A stretch of 64,000 bases of DNA from Patescibacteria group bacterium (GTDB lineage: Bacteria; Patescibacteriota; Patescibacteriia; 2-12-FULL-60-25). The stretch spans positions 32,262-96,261 of the forward strand of contig JBGSVN010000024.1 of NCBI GenBank assembly GCA_041752935.1. Reading direction: 5' to 3'. The notes below the pieces were generated by a model, which was not told the origin of the DNA, did not search any database, and was given only the letters and a program-made list of their open reading frames with translations. This document shows, one piece after another, positions 61,579 through 64,000 of the stretch (the stretch's first letter is position 1; each line of letters starts with the position of its first letter). The translations under genes and the position numbers were made by a program.

Positions 61579-62151
61579 ATGCGAAGAAAACTGTTTGTCG
61601 ATCTCGGGCACTCCGCCAAATGGCCGGGAGCTGCAGGTATCAAAAAGGAGACCGACTGGAACCGTGCCATCTACCGGCAGCTCGAGCCGTTGCTTCGCGG
61701 TGTCTGCATCAAGAAAGGGTGGGAGCTGATTGCCGTCCCGGACAAGTTTTTCATCGAATTATCAGCGAACAATAATCTTGTTCAACGGATTCGATGGATC
61801 AATGCCCGTTCCAAAGCATCGGATTTGCTCTTGTCTCTCCATGGGAATGTGGCAACCAACCCCAAAGCTCGAGGCGTCACCACCTGTTTTATGGGCGGGT
61901 CCGAAGCTGCGCGATTGGAATCCATCGAATTGTCCAAAGCCTACTCGCAGTCGACTGGCGTACCCGTCTGGGGCGGGGGAGCGTTCGATGATCGAAACAA
62001 CCGCTACGGCCGTATTGGCATGGTGCGCGATACGACACCGTTTGCGTTGCTTATCGAGGCTGGATTCGTGACCAATCAAGAAGACATGGCTGTTGATCCG
62101 AGGAAGGCGGCGGAGGGAATCGCAGCCTATTACCAGAACTCCAAATTTTAG
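61579..62151 (+). CDS. N-acetylmuramoyl-L-alanine amidase (Amidase_3-type endolysin)
   Basis: FVDLGHSAKWPGAAG, LLLSLHGNVA and LLIEAGFVTNQEDM give the His/Glu Zn-ligand pattern of the Amidase_3 family. Confidence 0.8.
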   Translation: MRRKLFVDLGHSAKWPGAAGIKKETDWNRAIYRQLEPLLRGVCIKKGWELIAVPDKFFIELSANNNLVQRIRWINARSKASDLLLSLHGNVATNPKARGVTTCFMGGSEAARLESIELSKAYSQSTGVPVWGGGAFDDRNNRYGRIGMVRDTTPFALLIEAGFVTNQEDMAVDPRKAAEGIAAYYQNSKF

Positions 62152-62840
62152 GCCGGACGGAATCCAAGTTTCTCGAATGGATAGTGTTTTTCGTCTGGGA
62201 AGGAATGCGTTACGGGCTTGCTGCCACGGACCAATCGCAATACTCCCGTATGCTGTTGCTGTAATTCTTTAATCAGATCAAATTCGGAGATAAGATCTAT
62301 CGCCGGATTCACTTGGAAGATTTTGTAGATTTCTTCCGTTGAGGAAACCTTGCCGAGGATCATCACCGGGCATTTTGAACCAGCAACTGCAAGCTCGTCA
62401 CGCAATTCATGCATCGGTGGCAACCGCGTACCTCTGCGAATATGGCAAAGAATCGTGGTTTGCTCATCGTATCCGCTTGTTTTAGACAATTTTGTCCGTT
62501 TTAGAAAATCCGCCAGCGGGTCGCTCGAATGCTCGTCATACGTGACGACTTCCACATCTTGAGTGGAGAAATCTTCGGCAGCTGTAATCGTTGGTGGCGC
62601 AAAAGCACCCGTTCGAACGTCCGGACTGCCTTCGGCGTCTCCTATGAGTTGCATCCAGTATTTGCGGTCCTGGAGTTTTTGAATGCCGGCAAGCATAAGA
62701 GCAACGGCAAACATCTCCTCAGCTTTTCTGAAGTCTTTACCCTGTTTTTCTTCGTCCGTAAGTCGATCCTTAAGCACTTGGAAGTGATAGGCGACATTAA
62801 GCGGTGGGTACCAGATTGGATCTTCCAGAGAACGCATCAT
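62148..62840 (-). CDS. unknown protein, downstream partner of Fic
   Basis: 230-aa ORF starting 4 nt after the Fic stop on the same strand. No motif was recognised. It converges on, and overlaps, the amidase stop by 4 nt. Confidence 0.55.
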   Translation of the reverse strand: MMRSLEDPIWYPPLNVAYHFQVLKDRLTDEEKQGKDFRKAEEMFAVALMLAGIQKLQDRKYWMQLIGDAEGSPDVRTGAFAPPTITAAEDFSTQDVEVVTYDEHSSDPLADFLKRTKLSKTSGYDEQTTILCHIRRGTRLPPMHELRDELAVAGSKCPVMILGKVSSTEEIYKIFQVNPAIDLISEFDLIKELQQQHTGVLRLVRGSKPVTHSFPDEKHYPFEKLGFRPA

Positions 62841-62843
62841 GGT

Positions 62844-63899
62844 TTAGGTCAGCACGTACTTCGCAGCCGGGCCTTTGCCAACCTGTTTGATCATTTTGAG
62901 CTTTTTGAGTTTCTGCAGATGGAGCTGAGCGGTACGTCGCGGGCAATTCAGAATATCCATTACATCTTTGACCGCCATCTTTCCAACCGTGTCGAGGAAG
63001 TCGAGAATTGTGATCTGTTCTTTATCGAGATAAATCTGCGAGTCGATGTCTGCATCAATTTTCTTCACCGACAAACTAAGCACGCTATGTTTGACCTGAT
63101 CGATTTCCTCTTTGAAGCCAGTAACGAAGTATTCGAGCCATGGCGTGAAGTCGCGGTCGCGCGTCTCGTAAGTTTTGCCCATGCTGATCGCATCGTAATA
63201 AGCGGGGCGGTCGGTGTTGTAATAATCTTCCAAGGCGAAGAGGCGACGGAAGTCGTAGCCGCGTTGATAGAGGACGAGCGTTGCAAGCGCGCGAGCGGTG
63301 CGCCCATTTCCGTCATTGAAAGGGTGGATAGCGGCGATCTCTTGGTGGACGACACCGGCGACGAGAATCGGGCTGCTGTCCTGTTTTTCACTTTCTTGAA
63401 TCCAGGCCACTAAATTTTTCATGAGTTCCGGAACTTTCTTGGCATCGGGGGCCGTGTAGAGGACTTCCTGTTTGCCATTCAAGTGGCGACGGACAACGTA
63501 GACCGGTCCTTTACGGTAGTGGCCGGAAGCCTCTGGCTTCAATGTTTTGTGCGTGACGAGTTCGTGGATCTTCAAAATGACCTTTTCCGTGATCGGTTTC
63601 TTCGCTTTTACCATCAGCTCGATGTACTTGATCGCCTTGAGGTAATTTTCCACCTCGTAGATATCCCGCTCCGGAGCGTCAACCTTTTTATTCGCGGCCA
63701 CGGCCTCAACTTCCCGGACGTTCAGCACGTTGCCCTCGATAGCCGTCGAGCTATGGGTCATACGGATCAAGGCTTGGCGGCGCAGCTTCAGCTCTTGCTT
63801 GGGAAGAAGGCGGGCACGTTCAACAATACTCTTGGCTTCAGCGATGGCCGTGAGCATCTGGATGACCTTATCGGTGATCTTGTATTCGGGCTGAAACAT
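62844..63899 (-). CDS. Fic-family protein (Fic_N + Fic core + C-terminal winged HTH)
   Basis: Active-site HPFNDGNGRTARAL. The N-terminal inhibitory-type motif STAIEGN fits (S/T)xxxE(G/N). The C-terminal DVMDILNCPRRTAQLHLQKLKKLKMIKQVGKG is wHTH-like. Confidence 0.88.
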   Translation of the reverse strand: MFQPEYKITDKVIQMLTAIAEAKSIVERARLLPKQELKLRRQALIRMTHSSTAIEGNVLNVREVEAVAANKKVDAPERDIYEVENYLKAIKYIELMVKAKKPITEKVILKIHELVTHKTLKPEASGHYRKGPVYVVRRHLNGKQEVLYTAPDAKKVPELMKNLVAWIQESEKQDSSPILVAGVVHQEIAAIHPFNDGNGRTARALATLVLYQRGYDFRRLFALEDYYNTDRPAYYDAISMGKTYETRDRDFTPWLEYFVTGFKEEIDQVKHSVLSLSVKKIDADIDSQIYLDKEQITILDFLDTVGKMAVKDVMDILNCPRRTAQLHLQKLKKLKMIKQVGKGPAAKYVLT

Positions 63900-64000
63900 A
63901 GTGTTCTAAAGGGGATTCTACTCCTAATTCTCGAATCGCGCAAGAATCGCGCACGTTTCTATAGAAAAGGCTGACCATGTGGACAATCCGCCCTTATAAC

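Larger units (their letters stand above)
45806..64000 (+). mobile_element. GC-rich foreign block: HK97-type phage-like element (to ~62.15 kb) plus a Fic operon; right boundary not within the window
   Basis: There is an abrupt by-eye rise in G+C. A same-strand, tightly packed gene array follows: recombination/replication, packaging, head, connector, tail-tube-like, lysis. No integrase or att repeat was seen. Confidence 0.8.

Noticed and set aside
62529-63974. 294-aa and 163-aa plus-strand ORFs opposite the Fic gene
   Set aside because: These are antisense shadows of a well-supported minus-strand Fic CDS that has an intact HPFxDGNGR motif. They have no motifs or start signals.
1-64000. Alternative genetic code (UGA=Gly, code 25) as in some CPR lineages
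   Set aside because: TGA terminates well-conserved genes at the expected C-termini, for example mraZ 6338-6340, rsmH 7282-7284 and the rhodanese gene 3053-3055. Conserved proteins read through without in-frame TGA. Standard code 11 fits.

Overview
The window has two parts. Positions 1 to ~45.8 kb look like a low-GC, repeat-rich chromosome of a reduced-genome bacterium, most likely Patescibacteria/CPR (inference from gene content, truncated housekeeping proteins and the 'ITNYELKIK'-type repeats). TGA is used as a stop, so the standard code 11 applies. Housekeeping genes present: uvrC (3' part), two Nramp-like transporters, mraZ-rsmH-ftsL-like, a Clp/Hsp100 paralog, a WecA-like GT4, rplU, ybaB-recR, dnaB, folD-glyA, murC-murB, hpf, secA, secD-secF, a T4CP-like ATPase pair, rlmN-mnmA, alaS, and infA-rpmJ-rpsM-rpsK-rpsD-rpoA-rplQ-rplM-rpsI. 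Directly after the rpsI terminator (~45.8 kb) the sequence becomes visibly GC-richer. From there a compact ~16-kb HK97-type phage-like block runs to 62.15 kb: Sak4-like ATPase, PD-(D/E)XK exonuclease, mini-SSB with a DDIPF tip, VRR-NUC, ParB-methylase, terminase, portal-MuF fusion, protease, capsid, connectors, tail-tube-like protein and amidase. A convergent Fic operon then runs to the window edge. No integrase, tape measure, baseplate or receptor-binding genes are visible. Items most worth follow-up: (1) an orphan ~620-nt GC-rich, hairpin-dense unit with its own promoter and terminator and no credible ORF (8.95-9.6 kb), a candidate large structured RNA; (2) a reused promoter/regulatory module built from exact k-mers upstream of five transcription units; (3) SD-poor initiation, with -10 boxes 6-9 nt from the ATG and a T at position -1 shared by host and phage genes; (4) unusual domain architectures (membrane-anchored Clp paralog lacking the pore loop, SecD with inserted parvulins, RpoA without its CTD); (5) the tail-less, integrase-less phage block and its Fic plus unknown-partner operon. 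No rRNA, tRNA or CRISPR array was found. All GC statements are by-eye estimates, not computed.
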